A stretch of DNA of 64,000 nt, from positions 23,682,709-23,746,708 of the forward strand of contig OZ316894.1 of NCBI GenBank assembly GCA_973895155.1. The letters are read 5' to 3'. A program made the position numbers and the translations under genes. The DNA is from Marsupella aquatica (lineage: Eukaryota; Plantae; Marchantiophyta). Numbering within the stretch: the first letter of the stretch is position 1; the number at the start of each line of letters is the position of its first letter. The notes below the pieces were generated by a model that had not been told where the DNA came from, did no database searches, and saw only the letters and a list, made by a program, of their open reading frames with translations. This document shows positions 39,440 through 51,190 of this stretch, piece after piece.

Positions 39440-42400
39440 TTGATCGTCTTTTGGACCAGAGAACGAAGCGGAAGCGATCGACGAGCGGGCCGGTAAGAAT
39501 TTCAGCAAATTGGTATCGTTTTGAGGCTACTCTTCGGTCACCTAAAGAGGGTAAACTTAACAGAGTAGACACCACAATGCCAAGACTGTGAACGCCTTAA
39601 TGTTCCGCCGTCCCACCACAGTAGCAACAGCGGCAGCTCACGGAACGGAGCAATCAGAAATCTCAGCGTTGAGAAGAATGCACATCCTTGGCTGAGAGTC
39701 ACGCTGATGATGTCCAACTCCGATCACTCATTCTTCCACCAGTGCAACGGCGTCAACGCACAACTCAGTTAAATTGACGCCGACTTGAAAAAGATTCGTC
39801 CGACGACGACAGAATAGGGCGCAGGGCCCCAATTATCAGGCTGCGAGACAATGCAGGTGAACTCCAAGGGATAGTGATCGCAACGACGAAGGAAAGCAAT
39901 GCCGGGGCACAAAGGCAAATGATCTCCTTCGCGTGGATGAGCAAGTGCACTACGGACACACAATACACAATGTTGCCTGAAGATCAATCCAAATCCGTCA
40001 GCATGTCAGGAGATTATGGATCTCGCGGAGGACTCGGGAGAGCCTATATCTATGCAGGAGCGCAGCCAATTGAGTGAACTCGCAGTCGAAAGGGAGCACA
40101 ATCGAACACTGTAACATAGATCTAAACTCGAGAATTATGATCCATGTACGCTAAAGACCAAAATATTGAAGCATCCAGCAAGGTTGCATAAGAAACATCC
40201 AGGCCGTAAAAGGTAGATCTGGGCTGGTACTGAGGCAGGGAACAAAGTGTCTACGCGAGGAGTTGCCGACGAGAGGACAGTGTAATGCAGAATCTCGTCT
40301 CCTGGTGACAGATAAGGCACAATAATACGCGAGAAAGAAAACGACCGCAGGGGATGTTCTACGCACACACGGGGCGCACGGGGCCTAGACAACCCGCTGT
40401 CCGACCTGCGGACGCCCTATCTACTTGCCCCTCGCACGACTGCTCACGTTGTTGTACTGTGATGGCCCTGTTACCACCCTCCTCGTCCTCGGCGCAATTC
40501 CAATTTCCGGTCCCGCACCAAACCAACTCCACGATAACCGAGGGATTCCCGCTGACGCGATCCTTTGAGCAATAATGCAGATGCTGAGTTTAGCACCACC
40601 TGCTCAGTGCTCACCCATGTAACGAGTTGCCTCCCTGACTGTCTCTCACGTTACAGTAATAGCTTCTTAGCATAGGTTGCTACAACTCCTACAAGGGTAC
40701 ATGTGTCTGGTCCTCTAGCGTAGGCTCTCTCCCTCGCACAATCGCGAACTGCAAGTCGACCAAGTGACCAACGTAGTAGCTCTGGCTGGGCATTTGACAA
40801 TTGCAGCAGGTGCCCACCCAGTGATTGTTTCGGCATTTATTATTAACAGTACCGCCCTGCACCGGCCACGTCCCGCCTCCCCTTTGTCCGGCTGTCTCTG
40901 CGGTACCTCGGAATGCGCAATCTGCGGTCGGATGATGGTTTCCGCAAGATCGCAGTCACACTAGTACAGTTCACGACAGCAAGCATAGGTGCCACATCGT
41001 ATCTTTTCCCCTCCCTGCCTCATGGGCTTGCTGCTTTCTGCTTTCTGCTCCTCTGGATTCTGGAACAAGAACTTCAAGATCGGTTTAGCAACAGGACGAC
41101 CAGCACCGGCAGGACCATCATTTGCGCAGGTCGACACAACAGACTACGACGGTAACGAAGCTTGAGAATCCGACGAAGCTTGAGAATCCGACCGAGTCGG
41201 TCCAGCCGGAGCATGACCAGGGGCAGGAGGTTGAGAACGAGGAGGAGGCTTCGGACGAGAGAACCAACAGCAACAACAGGAGCTCAAGATGCAGAGGACT
41301 GCCGATTGTACCCCGCGGCGCTTCATCTTGATGCCATTCCACGACAATCATCTTGTACCATCCTGTAGCTCCACCGAAATAGTCGTCGTCGAGCGTGCGA
41401 ATTGTTGCTACTATGTACTGTTCTCCCTCACGTCGACGAAGGACGCCACCTAAACCCTCGGGCACCCGGGGCAAAACAAATGTTCTTCTCACGCTCTATC
41501 CTCATTGCAAACGGCGGCAGCATCAATCACGCATCTCCGCGCCAACATCGCCACGCTCCGTCCACCGTAGCTGACTGGGCTGCACTCGGTGCTTACCACA
41601 GTGAGAAGGCCACTGTGTAACAGTGGGGCGGTGTCGCACAGTAACTGAGTTCAGTCAAGGACATCAAATGGCCAGCACTTCTTGCTTACCACAGTGAGAA
41701 TGCCACGGTGTAACAATAGGGCGTGTTGGGCAGTAAATGAATTACATGAAATGGCCAGGATAAGAACATTATTATTATGGGCTGTGATAAAATAATAAAA
41801 TACTGTACCTATGTTGCGAACCGTAAGAATAGTAAGTACCCAAAAATTTCAGCCATAAGACCTGCAGTGTTGTGACATGCTCTAATAGACTGTAAATAAA
41901 TAAAGCCTTTCATGACTTTTCTCTTTGTATATTTGAGTGCATTAATTCTCCATAATGCACCCCTTTTTTTGAGAATTCAAGATCTCAAGATGATAACCAA
42001 ATCTTATATGGTGATACAAACAAAATATCTATGAATAGAATCTAATATAACTCAAGAAGGTATATTTTTGGCCAATTCCATAGCAACCACTTCTTGGATG
42101 ACCTAATAATCTGAATTTTTTATTTTAGTGATTCATTTTTCTTGTTTGTTACCAAAAAGTCACTCAAGTTTTTACATACATTAATGTCCTCTAACCAGGA
42201 CATTATCCTATTCAAAATGCAATAATTTTTGGTGTGTAAACCATTTCAAGAGATCCTTGCTATTTGCAGAATATATTGCCCCTAAACTCGTGATTGCTCA
42301 CGTTTTTCATGTCACATGTAGGTAGTATAAAGACGACATGTGCCGGTGTTCTGATCTAAAGCTTGCTTCAAGAATGTTCAGAAAAAAGTTCCTACAGTAG

Positions 42401-44548
42401 TTATTTTTCAATTGAATGCACTACAATTATGTTACTCCACTTGGACACAGGTATTAGGCAGGCTGACTGCATGGTCTCACCTGCACTACACTAACAATAC
42501 ACCATTATAAGATGCTCTCACTACAGTAGGGTGACCCACTATCATGAGTAGACAGTCCTTTACCTCCCATATTCTAAGTCAAGCTTAGTCGTTGCCCTAA
42601 ATTTTAGTTTGTATATTGATTTTTCTTATCCAGAGTAACAATGGACTTTGTCTTCTCTGGTTGCTAAGTTAGAAAAACTGTGGCAAGAATTCAAATGTGT
42701 TACTTCTCACACTATTCATAACATGCCCTAAATGAATGCGCAGCAGCTGTTATTTAGGGCAATTCCAGCCACCTGAACAAGTTTTGTTTACTGGGATAGA
42801 AACCTCTATGCAAAGTCCTTTTGTTTCAAAGGTGGGCCTTGTGTTTCAGCAAGGCCTTGTATTTGCAAATGAAGTGTTTGTTGTGTTCAAGCATGGGATG
42901 TTTGCCTTCACTCTAAGAAATAATCCAGGCCTTAATTTGAAAGCCATATCTCAAAGCAACAGACCATATTTGATCCAAACTTAGTATATCTCAAGACTAA
43001 ATAAAAGGCGTAGTGTTATTTGAATAGGAAAAATTGCCCAGTAACCATTTGAGAATACAAAGCCCCAGCCTTGCTCGCAAGAAGTTTGAGACCTTCACTG
43101 ACATGTTATCTGTGGTGTCTAAGGTACAAATATACCAGGCCTATGACCAAAGATTTATGATCACAATTACCTGAACACTAGGGTTTGAGACATTCTTGAT
43201 TTAGAATATGATCTACAATAGGGGGTCTCAAACCTTCAGGTCTGCCAAAAAAAAACCTGTCCAGAAAGTAGGGTTCCGAACTGTGGTCAGGAGTATGTGG
43301 TCCAAGTGTGTGTAGACAAGTCTTTCAGTGTCTGCCATTACTTCTGGGAAAATGCCCTTGACCGGCATTGGAGGCAAAACGAAGACGGTGAAGACTCCCT
43401 AATACTTTCAAGATGCATTCTGGGCCATTTTCAGGCCCCATCAGAACGACTAGAATAGGTTTGTTGTGCTATGTAAGGTGACACTGTCATCTCGTGTTCC
43501 ACACACTGCCCGACTCGTCGATTACAATCTACAATCGCACGTAATCGTGACCGTGTATCCCCATTAATCGCTCCGTAACAATGTCTCCTTGTGCTTCCGC
43601 GGTCCCCGTGGTTGTCCTCGTGCGGGTGTTCTTTACCAGGGTCTTGCAAAAACAGCGAGCCAGCGAGGACCCGTTTTGACCATCCACATACCTGTACGTC
43701 CTAGTTTGCGACTAGTCGACTACGGGAAGGGGTGCCAGCGCCGCGAAAAGTCGGCCTCCACCTTCCAAATCCGGAGGAAGCCAAACTTAGACTCTCCCTA
43801 GTACTTCTCTAATCTGAGCCCTTGGATCGCTAGTGGATACTCATCGAGGAGCCATCAACAAATCCGTACGATTTTGGAGTTGGGGACAGTCCTCTGCGCA
43901 TGGTTGACGGTGAGGGGCACGAGCGTGAATGGAACTCGGCAACCGTACGGGTCAGTGGCTTGAGGATCAGCCAACTGACTCAAGAGCTGAGTGAAGAAGA
44001 AGAGTTCGTGAGTGAGGAACCGACTGTACAGTGTCAAGTTTCGGACCAATGCCGTGAAGGAATTATCATTATTGTTATTATTCCCCGATATGATTTCTCT
44101 CAACCGCAGAATTCCACGATCTACGACTCCGAGCAGAGGCATTCCATGTTTCCTCGGGGAAAATCATTTACCGCGTAATTGCTTTTTGAGATGGATGGAC
44201 GGACTGACGGACGAGCGGTGTCTTTCTGTGGCTGTCCGTCATCATCAGGTGTAAAACCGTAACAGACTGTCCAGAGTACGGGGCGGAGGGGAGTCATGGA
44301 ACCCGAGTTGAACGGACAGGTATGATTTCGGTTGGCGGGGCGGAGTGGCATTCCAAACTATTGGGCAGAACGTCCGCTCTGTGTCCTTGTGTAGTTGTGT
44401 GTGACTCTGGGGCTCGACCTTGGTCCTTGCGCGGGGACTCTGGGGCTGGGGCTCGCGCTTTGTCCTAGTGGGGGACTCCCTTCGTTACGCGTTCTCCTGA
44501 AGCCTTATTTTGAAGCTTATCGCTTTGGTCGGCCGCGAATGTAACCTG

Positions 44549-46540
44549 TTTTTTTGTTTCATTGGATAAGAAGAAATACAATTTTTTTTATAAAAAGGGT
44601 CCAAGAGAGTACAAAAGAACATACAAAAGACATCCAAAGAGAACAAAAACCAAACACAAAACAACCTAATATACACAAACTTTTTACATAAAAAGGCCAG
44701 ACAGAGTACAAAAGAATAACCAAAAGAGGTCCCAAGTGGGCAACACCAAATGGAAAAGAAGTGAGCGAAAGGAAACCTCTAAGAACCAAAAAAGGGGAAC
44801 TAAAACAACCGCAAATGGACCGAGGTCCTTATCATTCCTAGCTAGTGTGGCTAATAGCTAAAGGTCTACATCTAGTGTCGAAACTAAATTGGCAAGTGGG
44901 ACTGAAATGTCCTCTAGGGCGGCTAGCCGCTGCGGAGGCACACTAGCACCTACTGTCAGAGATCGACGATGGATGGCCCGAGCTTGAGCACGCTGTAAGG
45001 TGACTGAAATGCGTTGGCAAAAGTGCGTGGTCAAAATAGATAGCGGGGGTCCGGTGGGACCCATCCGACCATGAACATCCCGAGCAGCTTGTCGAAGAAG
45101 CCCGTCGAATTGATGGTGGAGATGCCCAAATATCTCAAGAGCAAGGGGTAGAAAGCTATCAAATGAAGCTCGGGCAGCATACTTGGCCTCCTTTGTTGTT
45201 GCCGCTCGTGATGCCGCTGCCCCTGCCGTTGTTGCCGTTGACCCAATGATGTCTTGGCGCAATGGGTTTGCCACTACTACATCTGCCAAAGTACGTTGAC
45301 CTTCACAGACCATGGTAAAATCCACCCGCAACCGCTGTGATGGAGGACCAGGTAACTCGAGCACCATCTCCCGCCGCACGTTGACCAAAGAGCCAGAGAG
45401 AACCTGTGTAGTCGCATCTCTCACAACATTGTGAACAAAAATGGTTTCGCTACCCAAACTGCACCGAAGAAAATGGACACTTGTGGCATCACAAGGCTTC
45501 CCACAAGTGCAAGAGGGAGGTAAACCAGCAAGAAGTGGGTAGGGCAGCCCCATACGAAGACGCATGGCTGTCGAGAACTCCGCTGAAGACATCCACAAAT
45601 GAGGAATGACTGGATTGGCCTGAAGCCAACCCCCTGCGCCCTTCCCTCTAGAAGAAAGAATCCGAGCTCAGTCCGTGTCAGGTGCCTCAATGAGGATGTT
45701 GGAGAGGCTGAAAGCGTGCATACGCCCAGCAAAGTCTGCTGAAGACGGACGGGGTCCAAGGATAAAAACTCCTGAAATGAAGGTAACGCAGCACAGACCG
45801 GATCTGGTAATGATGACCGCGCTGCGCACGAATGAACCTAAAATGGGAGGGAATCGTCCTCTACCTCCATGAGAGACAAAAGTAAAAAAGGTCGATCCTC
45901 AGTAAGGAAACGATCTGCCAACAATGAGAAGGTGGCCGCCCACACGCCCAAAAAAGCCAAAGGTGCAAGGCGCTCAATGGAAGTAAGCCCAAACCCGCCC
46001 TGAGAAATAGGAAGACTGAGCTGTCGATGAAGCCACTGAGATGAGAGCAATGTACCTGGCCCTAAAAGAGAGGCCAAAGTTCACAAATGGAGACATCAAA
46101 CGCTCGAAGGTAGAGACAAAGATCCTCGGTAGGGGGATGCGTCCTAGCCAAATAAGACGCACGAGGGTGGATGCACCTCTGTCAACAACATCCCAAATGT
46201 TGCCTGAGAATCTGCTAACTTAGGGAGCAGAGGAGTAGGGGCTAAAGCAGCCTATAGAACGTTAGCGATGAAAGATGAGCAAAAGGAGACGGTACCAACT
46301 GGGGAGCCAAGGACTCGAAGACCATCGGCTGGACGTACGAACCCAGGGGGAAGCGCAAGATCAGAGGGTAACCCGGCTGGACTCCATGCACGACTCTTCA
46401 CAGGCTGAACCCGTAAACCGAGGCCCATCAAATGGGTGGAAAGAGCAAAGGGAAGCCCCTAACAACCCAATAGGAGTAAATGAAACTAACGCAAATGGAA
46501 TGCAAATGGACCCAGGTTCTCATCAAACCTAGCAGATAAG
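44549..46540 (-). mobile_element. 5'-truncated RLE-type non-LTR retrotransposon (CRE-like): late RT motifs, thumb, CCHC knuckle, restriction-like endonuclease; decayed
   Basis: Late RT: GLRVQPVKSRAWSP..GLRVLGSPVG. Thumb: RQLSLPISQGGFGL. Then FSTAMRLRMGLP, CTCGKPCDATSVHFLRC, HNVVRD, RVDF..ADV, KEAKY, FLPLALEIFG and RISVTLQRAQA. An A-rich tail lies near 44549-44561. The RT part has frameshifts and stops. Confidence 0.85.
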
Positions 46541-48048
46541 GCTTTTGTTTCTCTCACTTAGAGTATCTCCAATTGGGTTTTGATATTAGGTTGTTGACCA
46601 AACCCAAAAATGAAATTACAAAAAGTCAGGTCCAACACACTCACTCCTATCAGGTTTAGGAAAAGTTCTTGAGTAGTGTATCTCACTCACTAGAATCCTA
46701 TCAGGTTCAAAGTTCTAGGTTACTGGATCGCACTCTCCTATAGGTTCAGGAAAAGGTTTTTGGTTATTAGATTTGTATACAGAAGATATTAAATATACAC
46801 TACTTGACTCAGGTGGTCATGAATGAGTTTCTTGTTCCTGGATTTGTATACGGAAGAGATTGGACACCAGCTCTCCTTAATTAGTGGATTGTTCCCTGGA
46901 ATTCAAGATTTCAATCTACCCATTATCAGATGCTACTACCTGTTGTCTAGTGAAATTACGCCATTAGGGTTGGGGCTCAATCAGGGTTGGGGCTACTTTT
47001 TAGTTAGCCATGATATATACATGTAGTGAACTAAAAAAGGACATTTTCAGACTAGGTATTTAATGTACCAAGTAAGCAAAATTGGGTGGAGAGCTCTTAT
47101 GCAAGTCTCCAGCAACTTAATTCAAAGGTTTTTCTTCATAAAGATTAAATTTTGGCCTTTAGATCTCCCTAGATTCCAGGACAACCATGGCTAATGCAAG
47201 ACCAGAAAATTCAGAAAATTCAGAAAAAATTCAGATTTGCAAATTTTGAGGTACTAAATTCTGGCCACATAAAAGCAGGTCTCCTGCCTTTGCGATCTTG
47301 TCTCGATCGATGTTTAACATTTCTTGGTCTTTGGCGTGTGATACTGAATGTGATTTATTTTGTTTTATTTTTGGGAACCAATGGATGACATAAACAGAAA
47401 AGAATTGGATGGGTGACATATACAGAAAAGAATTGGATCGATAATGACATTTGACAAACAACTATGATAGACCACTAAAACCTAGATGGACCCATTCAAA
47501 TGTTGTTTTCAATTTAAATAGTATTTCCTTTGCATAAAGAGTCCCTCCAAGCAAGAGCCTTTGTCCACCACAGAAGTCAACTCCCAGTTTTGCTCCACAG
47601 AACCCAGTTCATATTCAAAAAAGCCAACCGGTAGTCTTCACTGGGCAACTTTGAGATGTACTGCATTGGTAAGGTTCCAGATCCTCTGATGAGTCACAAG
47701 TGTGTGAATCAAGGACTCAACAGGTTGGGGCCGTAACGCTTTTTGAAAAGTGCATGTGCTATGTGCCAGACTCGACCTTGCAACCTCCTCTGTAGAAGGG
47801 AGGTTCCCCACCAGTGGACTAATGAAGGAATATGTTTGATGATCGGAAAATCAAGAAAGCAATTAATATGTTTTATGGAATGTAAACCTGGCGAGAACCC
47901 ACCAGTAGTTCATAATTATATGGAAGAATGCTAGTCAGAACAAAAACCAAAGTTGATTGGCATGGGCCAGCTCAGACAATGCACATTATGGGTCACATTA
48001 AGATTAGGACATTCAAGCAACACAGAGCCCTCCCAAAAGGTCAGGCAT

Positions 48049-48760
48049 TGTTAGGCGTTTACTAGCAGGTCTAGAATAACTACTGTAAATATAGTTAGGC
48101 TAACCGTAGTCAAAGACTTGGTTAGGTTTGTCGTGTTGCATACTATATATGCAAACGAGTGTTACTTGGACTCGGTGTTACTGTGTCACTTGAGAGATCT
48201 TAGGGAGAGCTTGTTCTATGAGGACTTGGTATAATTATGGCCAACGAGCCTAGTAAGAGTGTAGTAAAGATCTTGTGTGTTCCAATGGACATAGCCTCAT
48301 TGGAGTTTAACCACGCATCTCTTATAATTGCTGACTACTGGTTTGTTGGATGGTCACTTGTGCATGCAATCATGAGTAGAACCTTTGCTCAATAATTTGT
48401 ACGAGAGCATGCTCAGGAGGTGACAAATTCAATTTGCATTTTCTAGCAAGCCATGGAGTTTTCTTTTGCCTCGCTTGTTGGTCGTGTTTGTCTAGCCTGA
48501 GGGAGAAACAATACATATTGTGGCTCAACAGAGAGATCATGGCATGGCAATTGTTTTGAGTCCAAGATTAGCACACTTGATGCGGAGAGAGGGAGCTCTG
48601 TTGGACTTGCATGCTGATCGCACCGGGTAAAATTTGAGAGCATTATTTAAAGCATTATTATGTCAGAAGTCATATTGTTCTTGACAAAAATGCATGGCCG
48701 CATCTAGAATGATGTGTAGCCAAATTTTTTGTTTTGAAACGACCAAAAGAAAGTGGTTAC
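48049..48760 (+). mobile_element. Degenerate 5' LTR + PBS + leader remnant of the same copia family, in opposite orientation
   Basis: TGTTAGGCGTTTACT..GGTCTAG at 48049 matches the reverse complement of the LTR end at 3715. The LTR ends ..TGCTCAATA at 48394. It is followed by ATTTGTACGAGAGCATGCTCAGGAGGTGAC, similar to the PBS/leader ATTGGTATTAGAGCATGTCTGGGAGGTGAC. The right boundary is uncertain. Confidence 0.75.
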
Positions 48761-49118
48761 TTTTGAGCATAGACATTCACAACGATAAGCCCATGACACA
48801 TCCAATGCACAAGTGGTCGACACAAGAGATACATGGTTGACCTCCACAAGGCTACGTCCATGGGAACACACAAGAGAGCCCGCAAGAGAGCTTTATTGAA
48901 CTCTAAGCCCGTTGGCCATATCGAGTCTCCACAGTGTAAGTTCTCTTTCTCTCAAGTGGCTCCATAACAATGAGCCTTAGTTTCACTATACCAATCACAC
49001 ACCGCTTAGGATATAGTGTGTAACTAACTAGTTGACCTAATCACATCCCCGACTATGGTACGTTAGCCTAACTACGGTTATATGTCATAACCCTAGATCT
49101 AAGAGTAAATACCTAACA
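48761..49118 (-). mobile_element. Solo LTR of the copia family at 1-3715
   Basis: Colinear with 3373-3715 along its whole length (TTGAGCATAGAC..GTCGACACAAGAGATAC..GGCTACGTCCA..GAGTAAATACCTAACA). Flanks GTTAC / ATTAC give a 4/5 TSD. No PBS or PPT is adjacent. Confidence 0.9.
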
Positions 49119-49254
49119 ATTACCGAGGAGCATTTTTGTGTATACACACACTTTTGGATGTCATGTGCTTGCTGTTGTGATTATTGTCTTTGCTCAATGG
49201 GGAGCCTTGATGTGCACCTGTTGATTTAATGCAGTCACTGAGTGTCTTTTCTCA

Positions 49255-49478
49255 AGTACTTGTGATTATCTTGGTGGGACTAATTGAGGAATAAGGTTTG
49301 GATAAATCAATTGAGTGAAGGTTTAAGTTTATTACACATTTATAAGTAATACAAGCACAAAATCTAGTACTTGTGATTTTCTTGGTGGGCACTAATTGGG
49401 GCATAAGGTTTGGGTAAATTGATTAAGTGAAAGTTTATGTGCATTACACATTCATAATCAATACATTTCACAAAATCT
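49255..49478. repeat. ~111-bp tandem duplication (2 diverged copies)
   Basis: AGTACTTGTGATT..CACAAAATCT at 49255 and 49366. Confidence 0.8.
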
Positions 49479-49479
49479 A

Positions 49480-51190
49480 TGATGTCTCGAATGAGGAAGT
49501 TGGCGAGCAAGGAAGAGAGTGAAAGAATATACAACCCAACAAGGGACTTAAGAAGTCCATAATTGCATGGAAAAACATAGTTGCCCCCAAAGAAGACAGG
49601 GTGGGGGGCTGGGGATTCTATACTTTGTGGAGCAAGCCAGATCACTGAAGATGAGATATATCTTGAAAAAATGATCACTCGGACTAAATCATCATGAAGG
49701 GATTCAAGACAGGCCCGGGGAAGAAGGAGACGAGGTGGTGGGCTCCAATTGAAGCCATGCTGCTCTGCAAAGAACTTGTTATCAAAGGATCCACGACGTT
49801 GAAGGGGCTTCTTAAAGTCTGGAATGAGAAGAGCAAACTCCTGAAATTCAATTTTGGAATTGGTATGCTTCCAGTCACTCTTTCCATCGAGCAGATTGCT
49901 CTCATGTGCGCCAGAAAAACAGGTGGATCATGTGGAAGGAGTTGACCTGAGACAATACATGATCAAAAGGAACATTAAGAAGATCTTTGATCTGTGGCAA
50001 ACTCAAGGGGGTTGGCTGAATGAGGAGGAGCTACACCAACTGGTTAGGAGTAATTGACAAAGCAGGCACCCAAAATTCATTAAGGCCTACCATAACCTTC
50101 AGCAAGGCACAGGCCTCAATGAGGGGCTTCTACAGGACTGAAGAGGGTGGCAGTGGGATTGGCAAGGGAAGAATTGGGGCCACTCAATTTGGATCAAATG
50201 CTCTATCCCCAAGGATTACAAGTTGCTAAGCTGAATCGCAAATGGAAGAACTTGACCACCTCAGCCAATGGCGTCAATTGTATATGAAACTCTGGGAAGG
50301 CTGAGCGGTACCAAAGGTGAGATTCTCCTCGGGCTTCTCCTCAACCATGGTTTCTTCACTAATGTCAGGGACAGGCATTAGCAGGTCTGTGATGGCATTT
50401 GCTCCGGATGTAAATCCTGTTTTGACCACACAGAACATTTATTCTTCAGCAGTGGCACCGTTACGGGGAGATGGGGGGAAGTGCAGAGGCTTACAGTGTA
50501 GGACGCCCCTGCTCTCAAAAGCCCTATTAACTCTTTATGCGAGGCCATGACTTTTGTTATTAAGACATCTAAGTATTGTTCTCTTGATGGGAATGTGCAG
50601 TAGCATTTGGAAAGAGAGAAGCAAATTAAGTTGTCCACTCTCATTACTCGGCAGGCTCCCTGGTTGGGTGATACTGCGCCAAATGGAAACCCATCTGACC
50701 TCCATGTTGACTATGTGTAAGTTGCCTTAGAAGAGCTCTCAAACAATTACAGGCTGTTCTCCTCCCATGGGAAAACACGGAGAGCCCAGTTCCCCTTAAC
50801 GCCAATACCAATGATGAGTGAGAATTTGATTTTGAAGGCTCCTTACACAAATGTGATGAGATTGAAGTACTGTCTGGAACCTTTTAGTAATTTAGATTAC
50901 TTCACTCCCTCCCAGCCCTTGAGGAAAGGAGGGCTAGGACGTAGAATTTAGGTAGACTGCGGAATCCTTTCTTAGCTGATAGCCACCTCTGGAATAGACA
51001 TAGGAAGAACCAGGACCTTGGACAGTGGGAAGCTGAGACCGGGTGGCCACTCAGGGTTCCCTGGCCAGATTAGTGTGTGTCGGGGTCTTGGCTGGTTGCC
51101 CCCTGGGGGCATTTGTTTTGCTCTTCCTGCCGGGGCATCTTTTGTCCCTTGGGGCTTGTTTGTTGAGCCCCTCCCCTTTTCTCAAAAGAG
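49480..51190 (+). mobile_element. Decayed L1-type LINE 3' fragment
   Basis: Broken frames give IAWKNIVAPKEDRVGGWG (post-RT AW..PK..GG motif) and GFFTN..ICSGCKSCFDHTEHLFF (zf-RVT-like). A pyrimidine-rich 3' UTR ends near 51190. Confidence 0.65.

Noticed and set aside
41900-44350. Possible decayed Mutator-like transposase
   Set aside because: Only vague Cys/His patterns; no DDE motif or TIRs found.
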